A DNA stretch of 64,000 nucleotides from Alphaproteobacteria bacterium (GCA_046881825.1 JBKSMS010000014.1:40325-104324), one strand, 5' to 3'. Shown: positions 8,452 to 17,488, numbered from the stretch's first letter. Notes: a model not told the origin generated them from the sequence alone. Numbers and translations are program-made.

Positions 8452-10161
8452 TTATATTAAATATTTACCTTCTGTTGTCACAGATAATATTGTGACTGGC
8501 AATTGTTCGCTGCTGGATATAGACCACAAGGGTTCCATTGTTTCGCGTTGAACCCCTAATAAATTCATTGATAAATCACCTGTATATCCTTGACTGCCTT
8601 CGTTATAAGCATAATTAGGTATTTCCATACGATAATCATTTACAAACAATGTTTTTGTATTCATTACGCGCAAAGATATTTTTCTTAATCGAATTTTCTT
8701 TGGCGCATGTCCATTGACTATCATTGGCAAAGCTGATACACGATAAGAAAAGCCATATTGTCCAGCATCCATCAAACAAGAATTATCAAATTTTTCAAGA
8801 TAATTGGTGTTTTTACGTTTCACAACAACATAGGTTTCATTGTTCATAACAGATACATATTTAAACTGCCCATCTGTTGTGTATCTGGCCCACGCAGCAA
8901 TTTCTGTATTAGCATATTTATTAAACACCGCCATCGTGCCATTATCCATAACAACGAACAATTGGTGAGTTCCAGAATTATAAGCCATGCTGACAGGATT
9001 ATTCATTAAATGCTTTGAAAAAGCACATAAATCTACTGAATTATATTTGTCATTTAATGTGTCCAAATCTAATTCGCGGATATCTTTGCCCGATGCAGAA
9101 ACAAACACTGTTGAACCATCTATCTGTTGTGGTGGCAAAAAGCCTGTCGTTATACATCCAACAGATGTATGCTGTTTTATATCAACATTAGACGGCGTTA
9201 GCGGAGAATTTGATATCGCCCATTCACCAACCGAAGTCAAAATTTGCAAAGCATAACTGCTGACTATTGTACATATTTGATGGTGTTGCGCAGACAACAA
9301 AGTCGCAAAAATTGCTTCGTCTTCCAAACCTGTACCTACATCAAAATTATTGTATTCGCCAATTTTAGACATCCAAATATTGTTTGGTACAGATGATGTT
9401 CCGCCAAAAACCAACCTATTTTGATGAAAAGAAACAGATACTGGCCATCCGCGTCTATTTCCAAACGCAGCTTCATACCAATCTGAAACAGGATCGTTTG
9501 GTAATGTAAAATTACCATTAGTATGAACAATTGCTACACGCGCAGATTGAACAGATTCGACCAACCATTGTTTGTTGTTGGCGTATAATCTTGTTCCAAT
9601 CCAAGTATTATCCCACATATCACCACTAGCAGTAAAAGTCGCATGATTATTATCATCACCATTTGTAATAGTAATATCAATATTTCTGGTGTCTTCAAAC
9701 CTTATAAAAGGTATATTTATACTAAGATCAGCATTCATATAAAAATTAAAATCTGTGATATTAAAGTCTGAAGATGTCTTAGAAAAAATCTGTGGCTTGT
9801 GATTTGGATGAACAAAATATATCTTATTGAACCGCTGTGCATATTGCAAATTCTTTAATTCTGATGCCATCCAAGGCGCAAACAAAGTTTTTATTTTTAC
9901 ATCATTTTGAAAAACATCTATGGTATTTTGATAAATTGCCAATAAATATTTTTCTGATTCGCTGATTACAAATGGAACCAATATAGAATTACTAGCGACA
10001 CTTTTTATTTTTTTTAATCCGGGTCTGCGTTTTAATCCCCCAGATTGCAAAACATCCATGTTTTCTAACAAAGACACACCAAACATATTATTTGTTGCAT
10101 AAAATTCTGGAGCTATTTCACCACTAGAAAAAGCATATTGTGTTTTAAGAAAATTCCCCAT
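8452..10161 (-). CDS. large tail (tubular protein B/nozzle-like) structural protein
   Basis: 569 aa; position after the adaptor-like gene matches T7 gp11-gp12 order; no catalytic motifs. Confidence 0.4.
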   Translation of the reverse strand: MGNFLKTQYAFSSGEIAPEFYATNNMFGVSLLENMDVLQSGGLKRRPGLKKIKSVASNSILVPFVISESEKYLLAIYQNTIDVFQNDVKIKTLFAPWMASELKNLQYAQRFNKIYFVHPNHKPQIFSKTSSDFNITDFNFYMNADLSINIPFIRFEDTRNIDITITNGDDNNHATFTASGDMWDNTWIGTRLYANNKQWLVESVQSARVAIVHTNGNFTLPNDPVSDWYEAAFGNRRGWPVSVSFHQNRLVFGGTSSVPNNIWMSKIGEYNNFDVGTGLEDEAIFATLLSAQHHQICTIVSSYALQILTSVGEWAISNSPLTPSNVDIKQHTSVGCITTGFLPPQQIDGSTVFVSASGKDIRELDLDTLNDKYNSVDLCAFSKHLMNNPVSMAYNSGTHQLFVVMDNGTMAVFNKYANTEIAAWARYTTDGQFKYVSVMNNETYVVVKRKNTNYLEKFDNSCLMDAGQYGFSYRVSALPMIVNGHAPKKIRLRKISLRVMNTKTLFVNDYRMEIPNYAYNEGSQGYTGDLSMNLLGVQRETMEPLWSISSSEQLPVTILSVTTEGKYLI

Positions 10162-10176
10162 AACATAATCCTTTGG

Positions 10177-10695
10177 TTAAAATCTGGAATTAATCAAAGA
10201 AAAATCATCAATATTTGATTGTCGTGCCAAAGTGCTATCTACAAATTTTGCAGATTGATATTCTGATTCATACAATGAAGTCATTATACGCAAAATATTC
10301 ACATCCCCCAATATCGGGATACAAAATTCTACCGCTAACTTAGCTGCTACTAATGTAGCAAAATATCCTGGAAAATTTTCCGGTTCTGTTTTGACTATCG
10401 CAGATATTTCAAGTGCATCACTGTTCGTAATAATTTTATTTCCATTAATTTGACCTTCGCATTTTAAAATGCGCAAGACGTTTGCCGGAATTAAAAAATC
10501 TCCGTCAGAATTTCTTTGCAAAGTCAAAGATTGTGTCGCAAAGCGCCACGGAAACATAGCCAACAAAGTTTCTACAACAGGATCAAACAGGGTTCTTGCC
10601 AGTTGCGCAGCTGCAGAATCTTCGCGCCAAGATTGAATAGGTTTTTCACCTAGTTTTAATAAAGCCATTGAACATAAATCTATTTTTGTAAACAT
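10177..10695 (-). CDS. tail tubular protein A/adaptor-like protein
   Basis: 172 aa; CSMALLKLGEKPIQSW...FPWRFA pattern is common in gp11-like adaptors; position supports it. Confidence 0.4.
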   Translation of the reverse strand: MFTKIDLCSMALLKLGEKPIQSWREDSAAAQLARTLFDPVVETLLAMFPWRFATQSLTLQRNSDGDFLIPANVLRILKCEGQINGNKIITNSDALEISAIVKTEPENFPGYFATLVAAKLAVEFCIPILGDVNILRIMTSLYESEYQSAKFVDSTLARQSNIDDFSLINSRF

Positions 10696-10719
10696 GATTT
10701 TTCACCCATTTATTAAAAA

Positions 10720-10742
10720 ACGGGCTGAAGGGACCAGCCCGT
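10720..10742 (-). terminator. intrinsic terminator after the capsid + 76-aa gene pair
   Basis: ACGGGCUGGUCCCUUCAGCCCGU hairpin followed by a U-run on the minus strand. Confidence 0.6.
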
Positions 10743-10762
10743 TATATGAACAAACAAAACAA

Positions 10763-10993
10763 TTAAGACAAAGCCCCAACGGTGACAACACCTTCTGAAA
10801 TGGAAATCGCTTTGATTGTTGTACCATTTGACCCATTAATCAAAATTATATCACCACTGTTCATCAAGGTTTTTACACTGGAAAAATATCCCGAAGCTGT
10901 AATAGTTGCCAATGTTGCACTTTCTTTGTAATGCCACAAGGTAAAACCATTTGCGTATGCAATTACAGACAAATTTTTATTTTGAAAAGCCAT
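10763..10993 (-). CDS. small head-associated hypothetical protein
   Basis: 76-aa ORF immediately downstream of the capsid gene. Confidence 0.3.
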   Translation of the reverse strand: MAFQNKNLSVIAYANGFTLWHYKESATLATITASGYFSSVKTLMNSGDIILINGSNGTTIKAISISEGVVTVGALS

Positions 10994-11017
10994 TTTGTTT
11001 CCTTTTGGTTATAATTG

Positions 11018-11845
11018 TTAAGCTGCATCGTCATCGCATTTGATACGAACTATACCTTCTGCATCAATAAGGACTGCGCCTTGGGACATGCTGTTGCTGA
11101 TAAAGTGCGCAGCACGTTCACCATGCCATGTAATATCTGTTTTAACTTCTTGCCCGCACGCATGACCAATACTTGACGAATGATAGATAAAACAATCACG
11201 GTCATCTGTGTTTGCTAATGGCAACCCATTGCACAAAATCCAATTAACGCCTAACCATTTTCTGGATTCACAACCATCAACTAATGGCAAAGAATTGCCA
11301 ACATAATCAGCAGAAACAAATTCAGATATTTTCAACAATTCGTTCCATTGATGAACACCAACCACAGCAAATCTGCGTCCGTCATCTGGAACATCATTTG
11401 TGTTCAATGTTTCCAGTGCAGACATAATAAGAGCTTTGGTTAATCCGGTAGAATAATCACCAACATACTGGGTAGCATTGTTCATAGCAGCAATAATCAA
11501 TTCATCTGTTTTGCGTCCCAATGCATAAGCGCCCGCAGAAGCAACAACTCGACGTTCATCAACATTTGTTTTTAATTCATCCAATGCATCAACCCAATCA
11601 CCAGCATAGTAATCTTGTAATGTGCATTCTACAGGTGTATGATTCAAATTCATAACTGGTACAATACCATGACGCGATTTAGTGCTGGCGATACCTTTAC
11701 CAACTTTTTGAAAAGTGGTAGAAGCGCCCACAACCCCAGATTTGCTGCGAATTGTAGAACGTAATTTTGTGCCCATTTGCTGATAAGCCAAATGAACATC
11801 TGCTTCAAATTGTTTTATAAACACTTGATCTACAGACATAGACAT
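11018..11845 (-). CDS. major capsid protein (HK97-fold, podovirus type)
   Basis: 275 aa; FIKQFEADVHLAYQQ...STTFQKVGKG pattern; position after the scaffold gene. Confidence 0.6.
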   Translation of the reverse strand: MSMSVDQVFIKQFEADVHLAYQQMGTKLRSTIRSKSGVVGASTTFQKVGKGIASTKSRHGIVPVMNLNHTPVECTLQDYYAGDWVDALDELKTNVDERRVVASAGAYALGRKTDELIIAAMNNATQYVGDYSTGLTKALIMSALETLNTNDVPDDGRRFAVVGVHQWNELLKISEFVSADYVGNSLPLVDGCESRKWLGVNWILCNGLPLANTDDRDCFIYHSSSIGHACGQEVKTDITWHGERAAHFISNSMSQGAVLIDAEGIVRIKCDDDAA

Positions 11846-11970
11846 AAGAAATCCTTTTTGTTTTTGAGTTAAAATTAAAAATTTTTTATCAATGGTTATG
11901 CAAAAAAAACTGCGCCATAAATAAAAAACAAATCAAGGGTCCACAAAAATGGATTATCCAATAAAAAATT

Positions 11971-12043
11971 CAGTTAGACCTGTTTAATCTAACTGAAAAA
12001 TTTATCACAAATAAAAAATCCCCAAAATCAAAGATTCTGGGGA
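11971..12043 (-). terminator. two tandem intrinsic terminators downstream of the K/A-rich gene
   Basis: Hairpins 12019-12043 (UCCCCAGAAUC...UUGGGGA) and 11971-11995 (CAGUUAGA...UCUAACUG), each followed by a U-run on the minus strand. Confidence 0.6.
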
Positions 12044-12065
12044 TAAATAACACAATTACATGTGA

Positions 12066-12386
12066 TTATTTTTTCTTTGCAACTTTTTTAGCAGCTGGTT
12101 TTTTTGCTACTTTTTTTGCAGGTGCTTTTTTTGCAACTGGTTTTTTTGCAGCAACTTTTTTTGCAACTGGTTTTTTTGCAGCAACTTTTTTTGCAACTGG
12201 TTTTTTTGCAGCAACTTTTTTTACAGCTGGCTTTTTTGCAACTACTTTTTTTGCAACTGGTTTTTTTGCAGCAACTTTTTTTGCAGCTGTTTTTTTAACA
12301 GCTACTTTTTTTGCAGGTGCTTTTTTTGCAGCTGGTTTAGCAGCTGTTTTTGTGCAAGCACATTTTTTCTTAGAACCAAAGAACAT
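12066..12386 (-). CDS. lysine/alanine-rich histone H1-like protein made of tandem AAKKPVAKKV repeats
   Basis: 106 aa, almost entirely K/A/V/P decapeptide repeats encoded by about 30-bp DNA repeats; SD AAAGGAGAG. Confidence 0.5.
   Translation of the reverse strand: MFFGSKKKCACTKTAAKPAAKKAPAKKVAVKKTAAKKVAAKKPVAKKVVAKKPAVKKVAAKKPVAKKVAAKKPVAKKVAAKKPVAKKAPAKKVAKKPAAKKVAKKK
12100..12300. repeat. about 30-bp tandem coding repeats (gcaactggtttttttgcagcaacttttttt units)
   Basis: Read directly from the sequence. Confidence 0.8.
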
Positions 12387-12478
12387 AATTCTCTCCTTTT
12401 AAGTTTTTGGATAGAACAAAATTTTTTTTGTTCTTGATTCTATTTTATATGAAATGAAATAAATAGTAAAGAATAAAA

Positions 12479-13138
12479 TTACTTTGAATATAATTTTTTA
12501 AAACCATTTTCAATTTTTCTTATATATTCTTCATCATGATCACGCCAATATTTTGGATCGCGCATCATGTTGCGTAATGTTTCATCAGTTAAATTTTCAC
12601 TTTCATTTTTATTTGTTAAAACATCAGGTTCCATTGATTGCATCATTCTGTAAACACCTTGAATTCCTTGGGGTGTAGAACATAATTCATCAAACGCATC
12701 ATGGGGAAGAAACCTTTCACCAAACGCATTTATTTCACGCAAAGCATTGTTCATTTTTTCTTCATCACCAAAAAATTTTTTCAATTCATTTATCGCGTTT
12801 GTTTGATTTTGTAATTCAAATAAATTTTTTAAAGTTGGTTGTAAAAATTCTTCTGCGATGGCATAAATTTTTTCAACTTGTGTTGAAGTTAATCCAATTT
12901 CATGAAATTTTTCACGAACCGATTCGTCATCAAACATAGAATTTTTAGGATAATCTTCGACATTATCAGGTACACCTATTGCATGATTAAATTTTTGTTT
13001 AATATTTTCATCACTGTCCGAAGTTGGAATTGTAACCATGTTGCTCATCTTTTTTTCTAATTCACAATAAGATTTAACCAACGCAGAAGTATTTAATTCG
13101 CCATTTTCATTTAAGAATTTTTCTGGTATTTGTTCCAT
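12479..13138 (-). CDS. scaffolding-like protein
   Basis: 219 aa, acidic/helical; MEQIPEKFLNENGELNTSALVKSYCELEKK is typical of phage scaffolds; lies upstream of capsid. Confidence 0.5.
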   Translation of the reverse strand: MEQIPEKFLNENGELNTSALVKSYCELEKKMSNMVTIPTSDSDENIKQKFNHAIGVPDNVEDYPKNSMFDDESVREKFHEIGLTSTQVEKIYAIAEEFLQPTLKNLFELQNQTNAINELKKFFGDEEKMNNALREINAFGERFLPHDAFDELCSTPQGIQGVYRMMQSMEPDVLTNKNESENLTDETLRNMMRDPKYWRDHDEEYIRKIENGFKKLYSK

Positions 13139-13329
13139 TATTTTTTCCCTTTGGTTGAAGATTCTTGTTTAAGAAAATAAATACCTGACAAAGTAAATAT
13201 AGTTTGCATCATTGTAAAAATATCTTCGTCACCAATTAAGTAAGCACCTATGGCGGACACAATACCAACCGTAGACACAACATAAGTCTTGCGATTTTTT
13301 AAATATCCACCTTTGATTATCTTGTTCAT
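13138..13329 (-). CDS. small two-TM membrane protein (holin-like)
   Basis: 63 aa; two hydrophobic segments and a charged C-terminus; sits between hydrolase and scaffold. Confidence 0.35.
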   Translation of the reverse strand: MNKIIKGGYLKNRKTYVVSTVGIVSAIGAYLIGDEDIFTMMQTIFTLSGIYFLKQESSTKGKK

Positions 13330-13347
13330 TGTACACCCTTTTATTAT

Positions 13348-13758
13348 TTATAGATAAAACAGTATGTCTTCATATTCCGCGATATATCCGCGTGCAATCG
13401 CCCATTGCGGAATAATATCTGCGTGATGAAATTTCGTAGCCCCAAAAACAGAATCTGATAAACAACCATGCATCATAGTTTTTATCACACGCAAACACAT
13501 AAGAAACTTTCTGTCGTTAACATCAACATTCATATATTTATGTCGTTTAGATTTTTCATCTAAAGCATCAAATATATTTTTATCGTTTGATATATCTTCA
13601 AACGATTTATCATATTTTATATGAATATTGTAAATCATTGATGCCATTGCTTCTGCTATTTGCAAAGAAGCACCTTGGGTTTCAGCGAACACTATTCGTG
13701 CCAGTTTATACGGGACAATTTGTGTATCGTCTGGATTTTTTATAAGAAATAGTTGCAT
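13348..13758 (-). CDS. SleB/CwlJ-family cell-wall hydrolase
   Basis: ARIVFAETQGASLQIAEAMASMIYN ... ATKFHHADIIPQWA pattern. Start set at MQLFLIK because the longer ORF runs through the birA terminator hairpin. Confidence 0.6.
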   Translation of the reverse strand: MQLFLIKNPDDTQIVPYKLARIVFAETQGASLQIAEAMASMIYNIHIKYDKSFEDISNDKNIFDALDEKSKRHKYMNVDVNDRKFLMCLRVIKTMMHGCLSDSVFGATKFHHADIIPQWAIARGYIAEYEDILFYL

Positions 13759-13789
13759 GACTTTTGCTTTTCCTGTTTTGGTTAAAAAA

Positions 13790-13813
13790 ATCCCGCACAA
13801 AATTGTGCGGGAT
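13790..13813 (-). terminator. birA intrinsic terminator
   Basis: AUCCCGCACAAUUUUGUGCGGGAU followed by U7 on the minus strand. Confidence 0.65.
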
Positions 13814-13910
13814 AAAATACAAAGAATAAAAAAAGCCGCAAATATTGCGGACAGAATTTCTATTCTTGATGTTTTACATAATATCACAAATTGGCATCAA
13901 AGTCAAGCAA

Positions 13911-14600
13911 TTAAATACTGATTTCATCACCGTATGTTAAAATATATCGCGAACCATCACGCAAAACCAATGCCCCATCTTCGTTAAGTCCTATTAATTC
14001 TGCGGGTTTGCCGTGATATTGTATAACCTTATTTAATGCAGCTGCTAAATCCATCCAACGTTCACGCACAGTTAAAAAATTTACTTTGCGCCATTTATCC
14101 ATTTCTTTGATTAAAATTCCAAGTACATTGTTTATGTCAGCGTCTTTTACAAAATTGTTTATCTTGGTGGTTTTATATTCTTTGACTGTCGGGCAAGTTT
14201 TTATATTTATTCCGATACCAATAATTACAAAACTTTGAGAATATTCAATTAAAACACCACTAATCTTTTTACCTTTGATTAAAACATCGTTTGGCCATTT
14301 TATTTCTGGCATCATTCCCAAAGCAATCAAAGTTTCAGCAATTGCGACCGCCACAGCATAAGATAATTTTGGATCACGTTCCGTTGTTTTATAAATAAAA
14401 GAAGCATATAAATTACCATGATGTGAAACCCACGTTCGACGATATCTGCCGCGCCCAGCACTTTGTGCCAGTGCTTGAATAATTGTTTTATTATGCGCAT
14501 CACCGCGCGCGATTAAATCATGAGCATAATCTTGTGTAGAAGATATTTTATCAAAAGATAATAATTTATATGTGTCCAATCTTATATTTCCCCTTGGCAT
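13911..14600 (-). CDS. birA: biotin-[acetyl-CoA-carboxylase] ligase (group I, no HTH)
   Basis: GRGRYRRTW motif, KWPNDVLIKGKKISGVLIE. Confidence 0.85.
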   Translation of the reverse strand: MPRGNIRLDTYKLLSFDKISSTQDYAHDLIARGDAHNKTIIQALAQSAGRGRYRRTWVSHHGNLYASFIYKTTERDPKLSYAVAVAIAETLIALGMMPEIKWPNDVLIKGKKISGVLIEYSQSFVIIGIGINIKTCPTVKEYKTTKINNFVKDADINNVLGILIKEMDKWRKVNFLTVRERWMDLAAALNKVIQYHGKPAELIGLNEDGALVLRDGSRYILTYGDEISI

Positions 14601-14985
14601 TTATAATGAAATCATGTCCATAATTTTTGCGCAATTGATAAATAGCATTTTCCACAGTGTGCGTGGTCACATTTGGCAAAACACCCAATAATTCTTTTAA
14701 TTCATTAATAGATATATCTGGATTTTTATAAAGTAAAACCACTATTTTATGTTGCAAAGCAGGCAACATAACAAATTGCCCGAAAATGCTTTTGATAATA
14801 TCGCGATTATCCAAAGAATCAAAAATTATACTTTTTAAGTGCGACAAAGAAACCGGTTCTTGGATGTTCAAATCATCAAACACCACATCAGCAACATTTG
14901 GTGATTCAACAAGTACAGCCCCCAAATCGGCAAGAATATGTTGCCAACATAAATCAGTTGCATAAATCTTTATGTTTTCTGCCAT
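14566..14985 (-). CDS. hypothetical protein with a possible C-terminal winged-helix
   Basis: 139-aa ORF overlapping the birA start by 35 nt. Confidence 0.3.
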   Translation of the reverse strand: MAENIKIYATDLCWQHILADLGAVLVESPNVADVVFDDLNIQEPVSLSHLKSIIFDSLDNRDIIKSIFGQFVMLPALQHKIVVLLYKNPDISINELKELLGVLPNVTTHTVENAIYQLRKNYGHDFIINAKGKYKIGHI

Positions 14986-15035
14986 ATTCTTACAATAGCT
15001 GAAAACCAGGCTTTATGCAACTGTTTATTGTATTT

Positions 15036-15278
15036 TCAAAGGGTATTATCGCGCGATGGAATAAATTTAGTAAAATCTTCCAGTGATGCACCCGTAGATG
15101 CTAGAATTTTAGAAATACTGTTAGTCGAAGGCCATCTCGGTTGACCTTCTTTGGACCAACGTTTGCTTCTGTTGAATGTGGTTGGATCTAAACCGCTGCA
15201 CTTTGCCAAGCCAGAACAAGACATGTGATGTTCCATTGCGAATTTTTCGATTGCACGCCATACATCTTCATGTGTCAT
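15036..15278 (-). CDS. small HTH (Cro/CI-like) DNA-binding protein
   Basis: MTHEDVWRAIEKFAMEHHMSCSGLAKCSGLDPTTFNRSKR; SD AGGAGA before the ATG at 15278. Confidence 0.5.
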   Translation of the reverse strand: MTHEDVWRAIEKFAMEHHMSCSGLAKCSGLDPTTFNRSKRWSKEGQPRWPSTNSISKILASTGASLEDFTKFIPSRDNTL

Positions 15279-15428
15279 GATATTTCTCCTATGTGTCTTA
15301 TTGGTTTTCCAATTCAACTTTCTAATTATATTAGATTTTTTGAATAAATTCAATCAGGCAACAACAGTACCTTTTCCTAGGAAAAAGCCCCACTAAAATA
15401 CCCCCTAAAAAAATTTTTGACAAAATAC

Positions 15429-15457
15429 TTGACAAATCATTTTTTGTGTATTATATT
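15429..15457 (+). promoter_or_regulatory. sigma70-type promoter TTGACA-N17-TATATT
   Basis: Read directly; drives the sRNA candidate. Confidence 0.55.
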
Positions 15458-15463
15458 TCGATT

Positions 15464-15641
15464 CGTCAAGGGATGAAAATCGTTTGACTTTATCGGGCCC
15501 AGAGTTTTCAGACTCCCTCCTACATTCTCTCTCCTCTGGACTTTGGGCCCAAACATCAGTTTAGGATGCCCATTTCTTTTTCTCCTTTCCTTCCTTTCAG
15601 GGCATCCGGAAAATACCGCCGGCAACGGCGGTATTTTTTAT
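15464..15641 (+). ncRNA. candidate trans-acting sRNA with CU-rich (anti-Shine-Dalgarno-like) loops
   Basis: Own promoter. Hairpin 15495-15550 (GGGCCC arms, loop with CUCCCUCCU and CUCUCUCCUCU). Hairpin 15564-15607 (GGAUGCCC/GGGCAUCC, loop UUUCUCCUUUCCUUCCUUUC). Terminator 15613-15639. No credible ORF. Confidence 0.5.
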
Positions 15642-15651
15642 CAACAAAAAA

Positions 15652-16587
15652 CTATTTTTCAAAAACAGAAAATATTTCCCAATGCGCAGAACCCACAAAC
15701 TGGTCCACTGGGATTGCAACGGTCATTTTATATCCACCCTGTTCCAACATTTCTTTATCGCGAACAAAAGTTTTGGGATTACAAGACACATAAACTATCT
15801 TTTTTACATTTGATTTAGACAATTCTTTGGACTGTTTTTCTGCGCCATTTCTTGGTGGGTCCATTATTACAACATCGTAATTATTTAATTGTTTAACCAG
15901 CAAAGGCTTTTTAAATAAATCACGATTTACACCATTTCCAAATATATCAAAACCAGTTGCCCTCGTAGCATATGTAAAATTACCAAGCCCACAAAACAAA
16001 TCAGCCACTTTTGTTGCGCCATCAACATATTTAACAACCAAATCACGCAAGATTTGTTCAGTTTCGATGGTTGGTTGCAAGAAAGCACGCGGTGGATATT
16101 TCAAAACTTTATCATTAAATTTTATTTCTGGTTCTGCATATTTCCGAACCACCTTGTCGTTCCAGACGAATCTTATTATCTGCGGTGGCAATTTTTCCAC
16201 AGCTGTTTTAAATTCAGCATTGAAATGTGGAACAACAGAATCAACAACTATATCAATTCCGTTTTTACAAGCTGTTATTAAAATGCTGCCTGCCCCCATC
16301 CATGGCAATTTCGCAACATATGGCAAGATATCATTTATTTCATCAGTTAAATTTGGACAATTATTTATATCAATTATGTCTTTGCTTTGTTTTTTAAAAA
16401 AGCCAAAACGCCCATCCACAAAAGCAAAATCTGCACGTCTGCGATTGCCTGCTTTGCCCCAGATTGCATCATGTGTATAATTTAAATTCGGCAACAAGGA
16501 TAATTTTTCCCCACGATAAGATTCGGCAGTAAAATCATATTTACATCCGCCACAAAGATTCAAAAAAGGACACTTTTTCATTTGCAT
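15652..16587 (-). CDS. RumA/TrmA-family SAM-dependent RNA (uracil-5) methyltransferase
   Basis: N-terminal Cys cluster CPFLNLCGGC; DLFCGLGNF SAM motif; DPPRNGA; YVSCNP. Confidence 0.7.
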   Translation of the reverse strand: MQMKKCPFLNLCGGCKYDFTAESYRGEKLSLLPNLNYTHDAIWGKAGNRRRADFAFVDGRFGFFKKQSKDIIDINNCPNLTDEINDILPYVAKLPWMGAGSILITACKNGIDIVVDSVVPHFNAEFKTAVEKLPPQIIRFVWNDKVVRKYAEPEIKFNDKVLKYPPRAFLQPTIETEQILRDLVVKYVDGATKVADLFCGLGNFTYATRATGFDIFGNGVNRDLFKKPLLVKQLNNYDVVIMDPPRNGAEKQSKELSKSNVKKIVYVSCNPKTFVRDKEMLEQGGYKMTVAIPVDQFVGSAHWEIFSVFEK

Positions 16588-16648
16588 ACTTTCATCATAG
16601 CATAAAATCTTTCTTGATTCCAATTTGTTTTAAAATTATTATAAAGAT

Positions 16649-17467
16649 ATGAAAAAAAATACAGATAAAAAGATTGCTTTGTTTGCTGGGGCTTTGGCCC
16701 TGCCGTTTCTGGCACGCGATGCTTTGCACAATCACGGATGGGAAGTTTTTGTTATTGGACTTAAAAACTTTTATGATCCCGCGTTAAAACCCGATTTGGT
16801 TATAAGATTGGGTGGTGGCGGAACAGCAGCACGCGAATGTAAAAAGCGCGGAATAAAAAAGCTAGCTTTTGTTGGGGCATTGGGACATATAAATTTGTCT
16901 GATATTCGTCCTGATTTTTGGTCTATATCTGTATTGCTAAGTGTTTTAAAACATCAACGGGGGTATGATTCTATGGCTGTTGCTTTTAACAAGGCGCTTG
17001 AAGCGCGCGGATACGAAATTGTCGCTGTACAAGATTTGGCACCGGAATTAACTTTTGAAAAACCGGGTATTCAAACCAAGGTTAAACCATCTAAATCTGA
17101 TTTAAAAGACATAGAACGCGCGATTGCCGTTTCGCATACTATTGGGCGCGAAGATATTGGTGCTTCGGTTGTGGTTGATAAACAAGTTATCGCTGTCGAA
17201 GCAGCCGAAGGCACTGCACGCATGCTGGAACGCGTTGTTGAAATGCGAAAAAATCGTCGTAAATCTGGTGGCGTGTTTGCGAAAATGACTAAACCGGGTC
17301 AAGATTTACGCATAGATATCCCAGCAATTGGTGTTGACACAGTCCGCGCAGTTGCGAATGCAAAATTACATGGAATTATTGTAAATGCTAAAACTTGCTT
17401 TGTCATTGATAAACCCGCGGTTTTAGCCGCCGCAAACAAGGCAAAAATATTTATCAAAGCAATATAA
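16649..17467 (+). CDS. lpxI: LpxI-family (DUF1009) UDP-2,3-diacylglucosamine hydrolase
   Basis: 272 aa; IALFAG..LP....A, DIGASVVVDKQVIAVEAAEGT, FAKMTKPGQDLRIDIPAIG. Confidence 0.7.
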   Translation: MKKNTDKKIALFAGALALPFLARDALHNHGWEVFVIGLKNFYDPALKPDLVIRLGGGGTAARECKKRGIKKLAFVGALGHINLSDIRPDFWSISVLLSVLKHQRGYDSMAVAFNKALEARGYEIVAVQDLAPELTFEKPGIQTKVKPSKSDLKDIERAIAVSHTIGREDIGASVVVDKQVIAVEAAEGTARMLERVVEMRKNRRKSGGVFAKMTKPGQDLRIDIPAIGVDTVRAVANAKLHGIIVNAKTCFVIDKPAVLAAANKAKIFIKAI

Positions 17468-17469
17468 AA

Positions 17470-17488
17470 AACCGCCGTTTCGGCGGTT
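17470..17488. terminator. bidirectional hairpin terminator between lpxI and the PPIase gene
   Basis: AACCGCCGUUUCGGCGGUU flanked by A- and U-runs. Confidence 0.6.

Larger units (their letters stand above)
1033..13758 (-). mobile_element. podovirus-like structural/lysis gene cluster (cryptic prophage, GTA-like or domesticated element), interrupted at 3580-6950
   Basis: Same-strand run: hydrolase, holin-like, scaffold, capsid, tail, terminase, portal. No integrase or replication genes on that strand. Confidence 0.7.

Noticed and set aside
12104-12298. 64-aa plus-strand ORF (LFLQ repeats)
   Set aside because: It is the antisense reading of the K/A-repeat gene, a low-complexity artefact.
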